From: Marsupella aquatica
Taxonomy: Eukaryota > Plantae > Marchantiophyta
Direction: 5' to 3'
Length of the DNA stretch: 64,000 nucleotides
Assembly: GCA_973895155.1 (NCBI GenBank)
Contig: OZ316898.1
Coordinates: 15,716,330-15,780,329, forward strand
Position 1 is the stretch's first letter; each line of letters begins with the position of its first letter. The notes beneath the pieces were generated by a model. It had not been told where the DNA came from and ran no database searches. It was given only the letters and a program-made list of their open reading frames with translations. Positions 25,886 to 38,801 of the stretch are shown one piece after another. Both the position numbers and the translations under genes were made by a program.

Positions 25886-26896
25886 TCAGAAGTGCTCGGA
25901 GATGTATGCATTCACGCTTTCAAGAACATGAACTGGAACTTTCACTTTATCCTTTGCCTTTGAATTCCAGCCATTGATTGTAGACGTTGCGAGGAGCCAG
26001 TCGTGTTGGATTGTAGGACTTTGGTAATTTGGATCAACTTCCCAAGACTGTTTAGAATTGAAACAATCCCGATATCGTTCAGAGTCTGGGATAGATGATT
26101 TTTGATGGACAGGTCTCCACCATTCCACCTCAAACTCCCCAGCATGAGCATCATCCGGAACCCGCACAACGTGATCCATGGCTCTTCCTAGCCAGAATCG
26201 AAGGGGAACTGTTTGTTCGAATTCATCTGTTGGACGAAGAATAACAAACGTATCCTTTTTAATATCCTCAAGTGGGGAGAATCTTGACCTTTCTCGCTCC
26301 GAGCGGTGGCCAACAAATATTGTCTGTCTCTCATATTGATCTTCCTGAAGTTCACGCTCAAGGCTGCCCACAACATCGTTGACAGAGCCAATGTTATTCT
26401 CATAAATCCCAACCTCAGCTCGATATCCGGTTCCATTGTTAGTTCTTGGCCAAAACCCATCGAGTAGCAGATTAGGCGCAGAGCACAGGGAACCTTCGAA
26501 GACCTTGATGACATTTTCCCAATACTCAATTTCCGGGGATCGAAAATGATATCCCTCTGATGTGACATCTTTCCAGGCGGCTTTTAGCCATGAAACGTAA
26601 TGAACAAGGTATTCGAGAATGTCACTCGCTCGCTTATGAGTTGACTCCATTTGTTTTGAAAGAGGATTTCCGGAGGGAAACACAGAGTCCTTTCCAGTAG
26701 TTTTCCAAATGGTGTGACCTTTTATAGGTAGCCACGGCAAATCAATTTTCTCCCGATATTGATAAACAGGTGTATTTTCTTTCATTGAAAACAAGAACTG
26801 CACAAGGGCCGACTGACCTTGGATCTTCTTCACATAAGAAGAAACATAAGCTTTGTATCCGGCAACCTCTCGGATGAATCTTGGGACTGGATGCAT
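25886..26896 (-). pseudogene. C-terminal part of a putative DNA-transposase-like protein; 5' part missing
   Basis: 336-aa open frame; IQGQSALVQFLF...PVYQYRE and FVILRP...FWLGRA...FEVEWWRP recall DUF7869-type transposon proteins (from memory). Sequence character changes abruptly near 26900. Confidence 0.4.
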
Positions 26897-29800
26897 TTAT
26901 GACAAAAAGTCCCACAAGAAGTAAGGAAAGGACCCACTATTATTCGATGCTTCACTCTAAGAGAGAAGGAAAGTCCAACAAGGTACAAATTCCAACAGGG
27001 TAAAAGGTCCACCAGTGTACAAATTCCATTAGGGTACAAATTCCAATAGGGTACAAATCCCCAATCCATGTAATATCACATTAAGGAACCACCCAACTGA
27101 TAAATTGTGTTACAATTGAAGTCCAATTCCTCAAGACCAAGACATAACCCATGTCAGGACCCTCAATTGTCCTCAATTAAGAAGAAATGAAGTCTAATTC
27201 TAAAATTAGGGCAGGTAAGGAAGAAATGAGGTCTAATTCCTCTTGAAATGCTAAATATCCTATTACAATACCCCTATTTAGTAGAACTTTTGAAAGAAAT
27301 GAGGTACAGATAATTGTCCTAAAAAAACATTCTCCAAGAGTGACAGGAATGAGACACTGACAGGAATGAGACAGTCATAGGAATGGAATCCCAGAAGGGA
27401 CGTACCGATTGGGCGCCCAGAAGCAGTCCTTGGACTCAAATCCGTGCCAAAACCTGTCCTCTGAACCACCCGTGCCAGAACTTGTCCTCGGAACCATTCA
27501 CCTCTAGCGAGAGAATGACTAGAGAATCAGGCCGACTAATCGATAAATACCATTCCCAGATAGAAATCCCAAATATAATGGACAAAAATGATAGGGTGGC
27601 CGCTTTGCTAGATCATCGTGTGGTCCGATTTTCCAATATTTTGGCGGCACAATTAATCATGTCAGATAATGACAACAGATAATGACAAAAGAATAAGCAC
27701 ATCTGCTCGAATGTGACAAGCTGATAGCTCTGCACGATTGCCGTGTGGTAAGATTCGTGGATATTTTTGGCGGCGCTCTTAATGATGTCTTCACGCATCA
27801 CGCTGGCCCATTTTCACGCTCGCCCATTCCTCGCGTCAGTTATATATTTCAATGAGATTCGCTCATTCACTCATTCCTTCATCTTTGCCCTCTCGCTCAT
27901 TCTCCACCCTTTTGCTCATTCATCTCTCCCTTTGAGTTCTGCTCAATTCCGTCCATATTTTGCAAATTGCTTCACATGTGCAAAGAGGTTTCATGGAAAA
28001 TCTATCCAAATTGGAGGTCAGGGAGATGTCGGTCGCAGCTTTCACCAGAGTTGAAGGTATTTCCACACGACAATCGTGTAGATCTTTAGTTTTTCTTTTT
28101 GTTGTTTGTTTTTATTTCAAATTTCAGCGGTTCCTTCCACACAAGTCTCGTGTAGACATTATCCTATTAGATTTATTTGTGTTATGCGATACCCAATACT
28201 AAGTTTTCTACACGAGACTCGTGTAGATGAGCTCCAGTACTATGTCATGAATGCACAGATCATGCTTGAAGGTAACCCTCAGTCTTTTTCTCCAAATCAG
28301 TTTTAGACGTATTTTATCTCTATCTTCACGCGACTCTCGTGTAGATCCCGGACGATCCTCATCCCATCAGTGCTTCCGTATGAAAATGCGTTGGAGTAAA
28401 TATCATTTCCATTTGATTTCATGCGACTCTCGTGTAGAGCATGTTATTGACCTGAGGCTCATTTGTCACCTTGAAGGCCAAATTGACAATGCCTTGAAAC
28501 ATTTGAAATTGATCAAAGATAAACATGAGAAGGAGTCCCAAATGACTGAGGATGTCCTCGAGGAACTTGAGACCCTGCAAGAAACTGTGAAGGAGAAAGA
28601 TGAAGAGATTAGTTTGATTAGAAAGGATTATGCTGGAAGATATTTTTGAGCTCAGCGAAACCATCTTTAGACATGTCAGGAGTTGTGCCTAGTGATGAAG
28701 GAGGCCGCCAAGCTTGATGAGCTCCGTGAGAGTCAGATACAGACGCTCACAAAGAAGCTGATTATCATGACGGCCCAGGAGGAAGGCCACCTCCAGACTA
28801 TCAAGAGGCTAAAGAAGGAAGCAGCCTAGGAGACATTTCCCTAGAACTCATCTGTCAAGACTTAGTACTAGACAAGTTGTTTAGTTGGAGTTCGAGGCAC
28901 CCAGATGAATATGTGCCCCAACTTTAGAAGATGGTAGTTGAGCGGGCAAAGTCCATTTTGGTCGAATGAGTTGTTTTCTGGACGGATTTTCCATTTTTTT
29001 CAATAATAAAATCTCGGCATTTGTTTTGACATCTTGGACTCTGTTCTAAATCTTCCGTATTGGTTCTTTCCTAGGATTCCCGTATGTTTGTTTCAGCCAC
29101 CCGCGCCTACCGCAACCTCTAAGTTGAAGCACTGTTAGCCACCGAAATCCAATCGTCAATTCATGGTCTTTTGAAATGCGTATGGAGGGTGACGCTTGGA
29201 GGTGTTGGTTGCGGGGGATCATTATTGCCAAGCCCAAAAGGTTTTGGAAGTACTTTGGTGTGCTTGCCGATTGTAGGATTTCAAAAGCACTAGAGCACCA
29301 GAAGGGGAAGGTCTTTCTGATAGTGACGGTGGAGGACCGCGTTAATTGTGGATATAGAGAGTTCTCTCTTGCCGTTGAACAATATTGTTGTGCACATTGT
29401 CTTGAGTCAAATGATGCGACAATGAACATAACGTCCTTGGGATTTTTTGATCCATCCACTCATCGTTTCATGGATCCAGATAATGTTCTCACTGCTAAGG
29501 GGAAGGGTTAGTTTTTTGTTCTTTGAAGCTTATCAATCTCACCTTTCTGCAACCAGGCATGTTGTTTACGTCATGTCTCTATCTTTACCAGAAGATGAAC
29601 TCCGATAGGAGATCAAGATCATTCCGGAAATTTCTTTCCTAGATCCAGTTGACGAGGAAAGGATTAAACGTTGGGTTGCGACCCATCCTGTAGTGAAGGC
29701 CTTCAATTTGAATAAAAAAGGCACAGACGTCATGGTGGTGGCCCAAATCTCAAAGCAAGCAAAGTTGTACAGGAACCTGGATCGTCGTCGAGTTCAGATT

Positions 29801-30657
29801 CAGGATCATCAAGTTCACAGGGTACATCAGATGAACCGAGCATTGTTCCCAATGACTCTTTGAGTCCTGAGTTGGTTGGAACAGAGGAAATCTTTGAAGA
29901 TGAGATCCAAGTCGTGGATGAAGAACTTGTGGAAGTGGGAGGCTTAGAGGCTGAAGAGGAAAAGGACTTTGAGACTGAGATGGAGGTGCAGAAGAAAAAG
30001 AAAAGAAAGCGAATGGAAGAAGACGCTCTCCTTCCAAGAAGAAGAGATTGTCTTCAAAGATCGCTCTTCCAGAGAAGGTTGGGAAAGCTAATCTCCCTCA
30101 GGCAAAAATCCGCACTAGCTCTATTGAGGTGAAAGGGCCACAGATCGCAAAGTCCAAACAACCACAGAAGAAGATTAAAGCGACCGACATGCTAGAACAG
30201 AAGAAGGCTGTGAGGAAGAAGGCTCAAAAGAAGTAGGCAGTTATGGAAGAGATAGCAAAACCTGTATCAAAAGGTGTCATTAAGAAGGATTTGTCTCGTA
30301 AGGCTTCCACTGCAACACCTTCCGCTGTCGTGAAATAGAAGGTGCCCTCAAAATCTCAAAAGGTCAATACTCAAGTGCAAGACGTATCCACAGACCATGG
30401 GGTGACAAGATCGGAGAAGTCCAAGCGTGGAAAGGGCCGCAAAAGAGAGATTGAGGGAACGGAAGAGGCACCGGAAACCGGTGTCCCAATCCCGAAGAAA
30501 CAACGTAAGAAAGTGGAGATGATTGAGATGGATGTCGTGGATGACATGGGAGAGATGAATGTTGACTCAAGTTCTAAAGTAATCGTTGATTGAGCCAGAC
30601 TTGAGAGGGCAGAAAAGACTTTGCAGCAAAACTGATGCTGATATTCTTTTGGGCTAT

Positions 30658-32686
30658 TGTGGAATGGCTCAATGGAGGCTTGAGTAGGAAATGCGTCAGT
30701 TTTTTGCTTTCAAGGAGTAGTAATTACATAGTTTTAGTGATTAGCGGAGTTGTTAGGTTTAGGGTAACTTAATAACTAAGGAAGTAGAGTAGGGAAATAA
30801 ATTGAGGGAGAGGACATGTTTCTCTAAGAAGTATCAAGAGTTGAGTAAGTTATTTGGTAAGGGCAAAAAAAAGTTATGGTAGTCGGCAAGTCGGGCCGAA
30901 GGCATGACCGATACTTTTGAGTGATAAGTTTTGCTAAGACTCGCCCTATAGGTGCTAGGTAGTCCCTAGACCACACATAAAAGTCACAAAGTCAAGTGGG
31001 GTCTTAACCTAGGAGTTGTAAGTATTTTGGCAAAACTTAAAGTTACCAAATAGCGGGTCTCGGGAAAAATAGCTGATGGGAAAAGATAGGGGTTCCAAGT
31101 TTCAAAGTACGTTAAATATGGTCCACTCTATCCCTGGAAACTTGTGGGAGAACTTGGTTACCTTTGGTTACTTTTTGGGAGCATCTCAAAATTGAGAAGA
31201 ATTTTGGAAAACATAAGAATTAACCCTCTTTACCTAATTTTAGAAAATTGGTTATAGGGTTTTGTTTAGATCTTAGTAAACCAAGACATAGCCCTATGTC
31301 CATAGAATCTATGGATCTACTCAAAAGTCCTTTTGGCCTTATGGGTGATTTTTGGCGGTGGGTACAATATGGGCTGGGGAATTATATTTTTTCCAAAATA
31401 ACGAAATCCGACTAAGTGTAAAAACGCTTTGACGAGGCTACCACAAGGCAGGAATAAGTCAAGCACAAGGGCGGCTAGGAGTGGTTGAATAGACCAGGCA
31501 ATCACAAGGTGAAGGAGCTTGAGTGGGAGTGGTAGTTAGTTGGACTTTTGTTGTAGTGTGACTTTGGTAGTTAGGAGGACTTTGGTGATTGGACCTTGGT
31601 CCTTGGTCCTCCACTTTGGTCTTTGGTGGGCTACCTTGGTCCTTGGTCCTTGGTCCTCTACTTTGGTCCTTGGTCCTTGGTGGGCTACCTTGGTCCTTGG
31701 TCCTCCACTTTGGTCCTTGGTCCTTGGTGGGCTACTTTGGTCCTTGGTCCTTAGTGGGCTACTTTGGTCCTTGGTCCTTGGTGGGCTACCTTGGTCCTTG
31801 GTCCTTAGTGGGCTACCTTGGTGTGGTGTGGAAGGAGAATAGTATATAAGGAGGAAGTTTTCATTTGTTAGGGACCGGGAGTCTCATCTCTTAAGTGGAA
31901 TCTCTATCTTGCCAAGGTAGGGCTAAGCTTGAGAAGGGAGAGGTGGTCCATGCTTAGTGTGGAGAATGTGTAGTGAACTTTTGTTGTAAAGGTGATACAA
32001 TAAAATGAGACTTGTCAATCTTCATTGTGACCATTAAGTGTGAGTGCATTTGAAGTGTATGGGAGCAAGAGAAGAGTCCATGCTATGGTGTAATCCTGGT
32101 CTAAGCTCAAAAGGGATGTGCTAGTATAAAATCAAGGCCAAGGAGGCAAGGTTAAGGTAAAGTATTACTTTGAGACTTAGAGAGGATTATAGCTTGAGGG
32201 TGGAAAGTACTTTGCTTGGTGTGTGACCGTGTTAACAAAAAGTAAGTACAAGAGGAAGAGTCCTTAGATAGAGGAACCTTCTCTAGAGCTCAAAGGGGAT
32301 GTGTGAACCCAAACCAAGGCCAGGGGGCAAGGTTGAGGGGTAACACTACTTTGAGGGTCTTGAGGAGACTTAAGCTTGAAGAGGAAAGTACTTTGGGTTC
32401 TTGGGTGTTTGTGTGAGAATTTACTCTAAGGTGACAGCTTGGAGCGGAGATCCCCCTTGCTGATCCTTGGAGTAGAGGAGAGGGAAGGGTGTGAGTACAA
32501 AAGTAGTCAAGGGGACTACCTCTCTAGAAGTGGAGAGTTGAAACTACTTATGTATGGAGTGATTAGACATTGTAGGCACATTTCAAAAGTTTTGTCAATC
32601 TTTTGTGATCTGGTATGATATGGAGCAGGTATTAGGTAGTCTTTTGAGGAGAAAAGTCGCTTAAGCTCCTTGACAAGTGTTTGACA
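30658..32686. mobile_element. Solo LTR (family C, ~2.03 kb), non-coding
   Basis: TG...CA termini; near-TSD GCTAT/GCTGT; excision restores a reading frame (YSFG|LSKFFLIP); internal duplications. Confidence 0.65.
31589..31820. repeat. (TTGGTCC)n-based minisatellite
   Basis: TTGGTCC tandem runs interleaved with GTGGGCTACC. Confidence 0.9.
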
Positions 32687-34967
32687 GCTGTCAAAATTTT
32701 TCCTCATTCCTTTGATGAATATCTATCCTCCGCCGGCAAAAATGAATGAGCGATTACTCAACAAAGACCATGTCAACCATCTTGTTTAGTTGATGATTTC
32801 AAATACCGGTCAGGAATCTTTGCTTGCAGATTTGGTGCCTTACAAGATGATTAATGGTGTTTACAGTCTTATCGATCTTTCCGTCAGAGATTTTGATTCT
32901 AAACAATTATCTGAGTATCAATATTTTGCAATAAGTGGTCAACTCTCGACTATGGCCGCGAGGAAAATCATTCGGAGTTCTTGGACACAGCCATATCTGG
33001 TTGAAACTGCCAACCTCCTCAAATTCCGTCGTGCAAGAATTCTCAAGGGGTCGACACCTGTTAAGGTGTTGGTTGAGATTTCACGTGCAAACAACTTGCA
33101 AGCTGAAGCACATCGTTTCTCGTCACCATTCATCGACCAGGTCAGGCATGCGAGAATGCAATATTCGGAAATGAATCGACCAGTCCGGCCAATGCCGTCA
33201 GGGCAAAAATCCCAGGAATTCCAGGTCCGTTCTTGTTGACACCATAATTTCTTTTGTGGTCCACACGAGCCTTGTGTAGAATCCGAGGCTTGGCTCTAAG
33301 ATACCTTCTCCAAAGGTTTGGTTTACTGTGTTGTTCTTACCATTTGTTGTTGGGTTTCAGAGTTACAAAGGGTTGGCCAAAGTCACACTGAAAGTGAATA
33401 GCATCAGCGAATACAACTGGATCCTTTTCGCATCAGAGAGCCTCTATAAGTTGTGGATGTCGGTCTGCAATAGTTGGTTGTCCGGTAGTTTACCTGACAA
33501 CAATGGAGAGATGACTGGGAAGAAGAGGGAAGCAAAGCAGCTTACTGGGATGACATTCAGGGTATTTGAGGGGGCGCAAGAATCTGACATTACCTCTATC
33601 TTGAATAAAGTTCAATCGGGAGAGGTTCTCTTGATGAAAAGAAGACATGCAAGGACAGATATACCTTCAAAGTTCGATCTTGCCATGAAAGCCAAGTATA
33701 CTGAAAAGCTGAAAGCTGCAATCTTGTGGTTCTACCGCAAGACCTATGAAAGTGTTTTCAATGTTGGGGCCGTTTGGTCGGACGTGGTCCGCGAGTTTAA
33801 TTTCACGAATGAAGAATTGGATCGATGTTGCTCAATGGTCGACAATGCTTATTTCAAGAGTTTAGTCAAGGTCTCTGCAAAATTCAATATGCCGGAACCT
33901 TTGAAGAATAGGTTACGGAATATTTACCAAAAGAAATTTGGGGGAACTGTCCGCAAGAGAATGGATCCATATCGAATATTTTACTCTGGAATCTTCTTGC
34001 TTCTGCGGAGCCTCCTTTTGATTCGACGAGTTGTAGGGAGAGGATTAATGCGTCACTTGCTATTGTCGATATGACACACTCAATTCAAAATACCTGGACA
34101 CAATCGGAGCTACTGAATTTCTTGAAGACTGTCGTGAATGTCCCCGCCAACAACTTGGTGACTGTCGTATTTTTTGTGCACCCAGGTCTCTTGCTGGCCA
34201 GAATTATTGAAGCTGTCACTGATTTACCTTCCAGTTATAATGCTCATCTGGAGTATGGAAGCTATTGGAAGAGTGCAAAAGAAGTCCGCTCATCGCATTT
34301 CATGTCGGGTATTATTGAGTCCATTGTTTTCCTTGGAGTCTCCCAGGAACGAGAACTGGATTGGGAAAAACATTTCAGAGGGTTTCAAGGTCATTTCTTG
34401 GCGGAATCCATGGATCAGCTTGAACTGGCAAGACCAGCCAAAGAAGATTATGCTGGCCTTTCCAAGGAAGAGGTTGCAGCAAAGCAAAAATCCGCTCTTG
34501 GAGATCGCTTGTATAGACTCATTCCTTTCCGGACCCCCGGTGGCAGAACATTCATATCAAACATTAAGCCCAACAGAATTATCAAGGCAATCATTCTTCG
34601 ATTTTCCGAGAAGGAGGAAATTGTGTTGGACTTCTTTACTAGTGGGCAAGTTTTAAAGAATGCCCTGCTTCTGGAAAGGGAATGTTTCTCATTTTGTTTG
34701 GAAAGGGGGGATGTGATGGACCTCACGGCTTATGCGGAGAATGTCAAGTCGTTGGAGGGTGTTGCACAATTCGCAAAATCCTTATGGAAACTTCCAGGAG
34801 GGGAGGGCAGTTCAACGCAAAACTCTAATGCAAGTGGCGCAAAGGAAGGGAGGCACTATCATGGCACTGGAACAGTCTCCCATCAAGACGATAACAAATT
34901 TTCTGATCCTTGTGTTGGAATGATTAATGTTGGGGAACAGATTCGCCGTCCATGGGAATTTGGTTAG
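32687..34967 (+). pseudogene. Spliced gene with ParB-like N-terminal region and degenerate beta-class (N6_N4_Mtase-like) methyltransferase C-terminal region
   Basis: IP...I.PP...R.L...HV..L and YFAISGQLS (ParB-like); phase-0 GT-AG intron 33225-33360 joins two ORFs in frame; frameshift near 33980; LAIVDMTH and KPNRIIKAIILRFSEKEEIVLDFFTSGQVLKNALLLERECF match the MTase motif IV...X-I order. Confidence 0.55.
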
Positions 34968-35012
34968 GCACAAAGACCGATCCACAACTTAGGGAGTTCT
35001 GAAGGACCTCTT

Positions 35013-36014
35013 GTGGAGGAAGAACACAATGACGATGGGATACCTCTATCTCTACGCAAGCCTCGTGTGGGGTTGTTTGGCGAGGTGGACTCAATTGTAA
35101 ATGATATTGCACCGGTTGTGTCTGAGGATCCTTCCGATTACCTTCGGGTTGTCACTGGAGTTCAAGAGGCCGTTAACATCATCAATCCATCCCCTCCCCA
35201 CACTTGGGCAGAAAATCAGGGTCCATGCGAGGTCGAGCCCGTCATCGGACATGTCGATAATGTTGTCGTGGAACTTGCAGTGGAGCCTGTGAATGAGGCA
35301 GGTGCCAATTCACTCTTTCCCACTTCTCTCAACCTGAACGATGATGTGGCGATAGACTTTTGCCTCAACCCTGACATGGATCAGGATTTAGTTTTGTCGA
35401 CAATCAGTGGATGCATCATAACTCGTCGCGAGATGGCATGTCTAGGTCCCAAGCGATGGATAACTTCTGAAATTCTGAATGCTTATTTTGGTCTGATTGC
35501 TTCGAGAGCAGAATCCGTGGGTACCGACCTCCCGCTGGTTCATATTTTTGATACTTGCTTCTATTCGGAACTTGCTCGAGGTGGATATAAGTATGACGAT
35601 GTTCAAACTTGGACCTCAAAGTTGGAGTACTTTTTAACTGACGTAGAGATGGTCATGGTCCCTATTCATGAGGGACATAGCCATTGGGCACTGGTCGTCA
35701 TCGACATGGGTCTTAGGAAACTGGACTATTTGGATTCTTTGCACGGAGATAACCCTAAAGTTCTTGAGAACCTAGCAAGATATCTAGATGATGAAGCCAT
35801 GTTCAGAACTCATAAGGAACTGAATGCTTTGTCATGGCCGAGAAACTGTTGTAAAGACATCCCTCTTCAAACCGATGACTACAACTGCGGAGTGTTTGTC
35901 ATGAAATTTGCCAATTACCGGAGTAGGGAGAAGCCTATTGATTTCAAAGCCGAGGACATGGATGCTGAAAGGAGGAATATTGTTCTAAGCCTTTATCATC
36001 ACCATTTGAGTTAG
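35013..36014 (+). CDS. Ulp1-like (peptidase C48) SUMO/ubiquitin-like protease domain
   Basis: WITSEILNAY, IFDTCFY, VPIH..SHWALVVID, YLDSL, PLQTDDYNCGVFV with His/Asp/Gln/Cys intact; true start uncertain. Confidence 0.9.
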   Translation: MEEEHNDDGIPLSLRKPRVGLFGEVDSIVNDIAPVVSEDPSDYLRVVTGVQEAVNIINPSPPHTWAENQGPCEVEPVIGHVDNVVVELAVEPVNEAGANSLFPTSLNLNDDVAIDFCLNPDMDQDLVLSTISGCIITRREMACLGPKRWITSEILNAYFGLIASRAESVGTDLPLVHIFDTCFYSELARGGYKYDDVQTWTSKLEYFLTDVEMVMVPIHEGHSHWALVVIDMGLRKLDYLDSLHGDNPKVLENLARYLDDEAMFRTHKELNALSWPRNCCKDIPLQTDDYNCGVFVMKFANYRSREKPIDFKAEDMDAERRNIVLSLYHHHLS

Positions 36015-36129
36015 ATCTATGCGATTCTCGTGTGGAATAGGTTATTGTCAGACTTCCATACGCTGCAATGCAGCCATTGTAATTGATGTTACGCTCTTGC
36101 ATTGACTTTATGATATTGATGTTCATTTA

Positions 36130-36849
36130 TTGTTTCGTCACTCTACAGATATTGTAACATACGATATGGCAACTATTATACAAAACACCGTTCCTCATAA
36201 ACTGCTCGTACTTGACATGAATGTCGTCTTACATATTGTGCAAATATCGGGAGTGCGAGCAAAGTCTCTTAGGGATATAAATACTGAAAACGGGGAGACA
36301 TTGTTTCTAAAGAATAGAATCATCTATGTAAGACCGGGAATGCGGCGCTTCGTTGAATGGTGTCTTCAGACATTTGATGTGGGGATATGGGCCTGTGTCG
36401 TATATCATAATGTGCATGAGATTTTGGAGAAAGTGTTTCCCAACAAGAAGCATCGATTTGTCTTTGTGAGAACTGAAGCGGAAGCCTTGTCGACTGGGAT
36501 ATTTTATGGGGCTGGAAGAAACAAAGGGAAAATTTGCTTTGTGAAATTACTGAAAAATATTTGGGATGACCTCGTTTTATATGGAGATCAGACAAGCGCA
36601 CCTTATAATGATAGCAACACCATCCTTCTTGATGATTTACCTCATAGAAGTTTCTTTAACCCCAAATACTCGACGCTATTTTGTGATTGCTTCAACGGTA
36701 ATAATAATGGTTTCCTTGCAGATACGTTTATAAGCAACAAACTTCAACCAGTGTTGCAGGAGTTGGCCTTGGCAAGAGATGTGCGTGTGTATTTGTGGCG
36801 AAACACTCCAAAATGGTCTAGTCTGAATTTAGCTGAAGACCGGAAATAG
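36130..36849 (+). CDS. FCP1/NIF-like HAD phosphatase domain (DxDxT motif degenerate)
   Basis: KLLVLDMN, YVRPGMRRFVEWCLQTFDVGIW, KLLKNIW, NTILLDDLP; the frame continues past one TAG into 36871-37137. Confidence 0.75.
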   Translation: MFRHSTDIVTYDMATIIQNTVPHKLLVLDMNVVLHIVQISGVRAKSLRDINTENGETLFLKNRIIYVRPGMRRFVEWCLQTFDVGIWACVVYHNVHEILEKVFPNKKHRFVFVRTEAEALSTGIFYGAGRNKGKICFVKLLKNIWDDLVLYGDQTSAPYNDSNTILLDDLPHRSFFNPKYSTLFCDCFNGNNNGFLADTFISNKLQPVLQELALARDVRVYLWRNTPKWSSLNLAEDRK

Positions 36850-37946
36850 TATCAACAGATATACACTCAATTGCAGGGGTTTGGGGAATCTAATTCGCTT
36901 TTTGCGCCGTGGCCAGTGTGCAAATATGATGTTCTCCAACTGACAACTTCAGAACTTACTCCTCGGCACATAGAGATCATATTGTGGATGTCTCGTAAGG
37001 AAGACTTCACTGAGCATGAAACTAATCAATGCGCAAAAGGCCTAGGAGCTACACATGGGCTATTAACCACAAATTTTAGGGAGTTTGTGAAAGTAGTCAG
37101 TGAAGTTCACAGACAAACGTCAAATTTTGTAGAATAAACACAGGAGTAAAGAGTAGGCAGGACTTAACTAGTACTTCAGATTACGGATAGAATTTAGTGA
37201 ATATGTTTCATATAGATTAGAATTAGCCCCATTTGGAGGGAGGGGTGAAGGGCAATGCGCAACCCTGGAATCATTCCTTTTGGTTTGGCCCAATAGCAGA
37301 GGAGAGGAGAAGAGGAGTCGTTTTGGCTTGAAGGCGGACACAATTGGACTATGGTGGAACGCAGAGGGGAGAGGGGAGGCTTTGGCAGGGGTTTTGGAAG
37401 ATGGACAGAGTTTAGGAAGGAGGAGAAATGGGTGTCTATGATGAGGTTTTGGAAGATGGACAGAGTTTAGGAAGGAGGAGAAATAGGTGTCTGTGACGAA
37501 GCTATCCTTCATTTGTTAGTTCACAAATATTCTTGATATGATTAGTGTAGCTGTCTAGTCAAATATGTGTAGTTGTCTAGTCAACTTTGTAGTCACTTTA
37601 GCGGAAGACGATGTTGTAGTTAGCAAAAAACCCAACAATGAAGTCCCATGAAGGGATATCAAAATATATGTACGGCACCACCGTTAGTGCCCCATTTATT
37701 ATAAAGAGTAATTTCAGTCATTCATTTGAAGGAGTACTTTTTTCATTGCCTTTGAATTCGTAATTCATCCAATGGACTAGGTTTTGGAAATTTAAAAGTA
37801 TGCTTTTGGAAACTTCAATTTTGGGTTTTGGAAATTTTAGATCACGTTTTTGGATTTTTGAAATTAATGTTTTGGAAATTTCATTTTTCAACTTTGGACA
37901 AAAGAATCTCCAGAGTTAGTGAAATGTTAGATAATTATATACTATA

Positions 37947-38200
37947 CTATAGCTAGTGGAGTTATTGCAGTCCATATACTGTAGGTAGTAGAGCTACTAT
38001 AGTCCGTACACTATAGGTAGTGGAGCTACTGTAATTTGTACACTATAGCTAGTGGAGGTATTGTAGTTTGTACATTGTAGCTAGTGAAGTTACTGTAGTT
38101 CGTACACTGTAGTCTGTACACTATAGGTAGTGCAATTATTGTAGTCCGTACACTATCGCTAGTGGAGTTATTGTAGTCCATAGATTGTATCTAGTGGTTA
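37947..38200. repeat. ~32-bp minisatellite
   Basis: About 7 copies of CTATAGCTAGTGGAGTTATTGTAGTCCGTACA. Confidence 0.85.
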
Positions 38201-38801
38201 TTAAAATATAAATCTTATAAGCTAACTACTAAACTACTTATATAATCTATAACATATTAAAACAAACAATTTTCTATATATTAAAAGAAAATCACAACAA
38301 CGTAAAAAAGGGATAGGTGGGGAATGGTCTCCAAAGAGCCACAACAGAGTTTGGAGTCCCCGGGTACTCACCTCCATGCGTAGTGCCCGCCAAAATACGC
38401 CAGACATTTGTCTTACCTCTGGCCGGCAAGTCAAAGCCCGTAGTTTAGCCCATACCACGCTCCATTCACTCTCAAAGCGAGATAGAGACTAGATGTGGTT
38501 CAACCAACAGTAGATCAAGATTTGTGGCCTTAGAAACTAATAGACCCTACAGTTTGCAATCTGGAAATCCTTTAGAATATCAGGCTTGTCAGCCCACCTC
38601 CATTTAGGATCACCTAGTAGAGTAAGGTATGAGGTCAATAGGGTATAAATACCGTGACAGTAAACAGTAAACAACAAACAACAAAATAGTAAAAGTTACT
38701 GGTAACAAGAAATGGGTGACATTTTTTTTGGAAAAAAAATTGGAATTGTTTTTAATTGTTTTTTGTTTTGTCAATATTTTTTGGGTAGCGCCCGGAGCTA
38801 G

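Larger units (their letters stand above)
24743..36036. repeat. Dispersed 21-bp palindrome, consensus TCTACRCGAG-N-CTCGTGTAGA (11 copies seen)
   Basis: Copies start at 24743, 24930, 25782, 25851, 28062, 28136, 28207 (perfect), 28325, 28418, 33260 and 36016. Confidence 0.85.

Noticed and set aside
31540-31849. ORFs with repeated WSLVLG/GPWSL peptides
   Set aside because: Translations of the TTGGTCC minisatellite.
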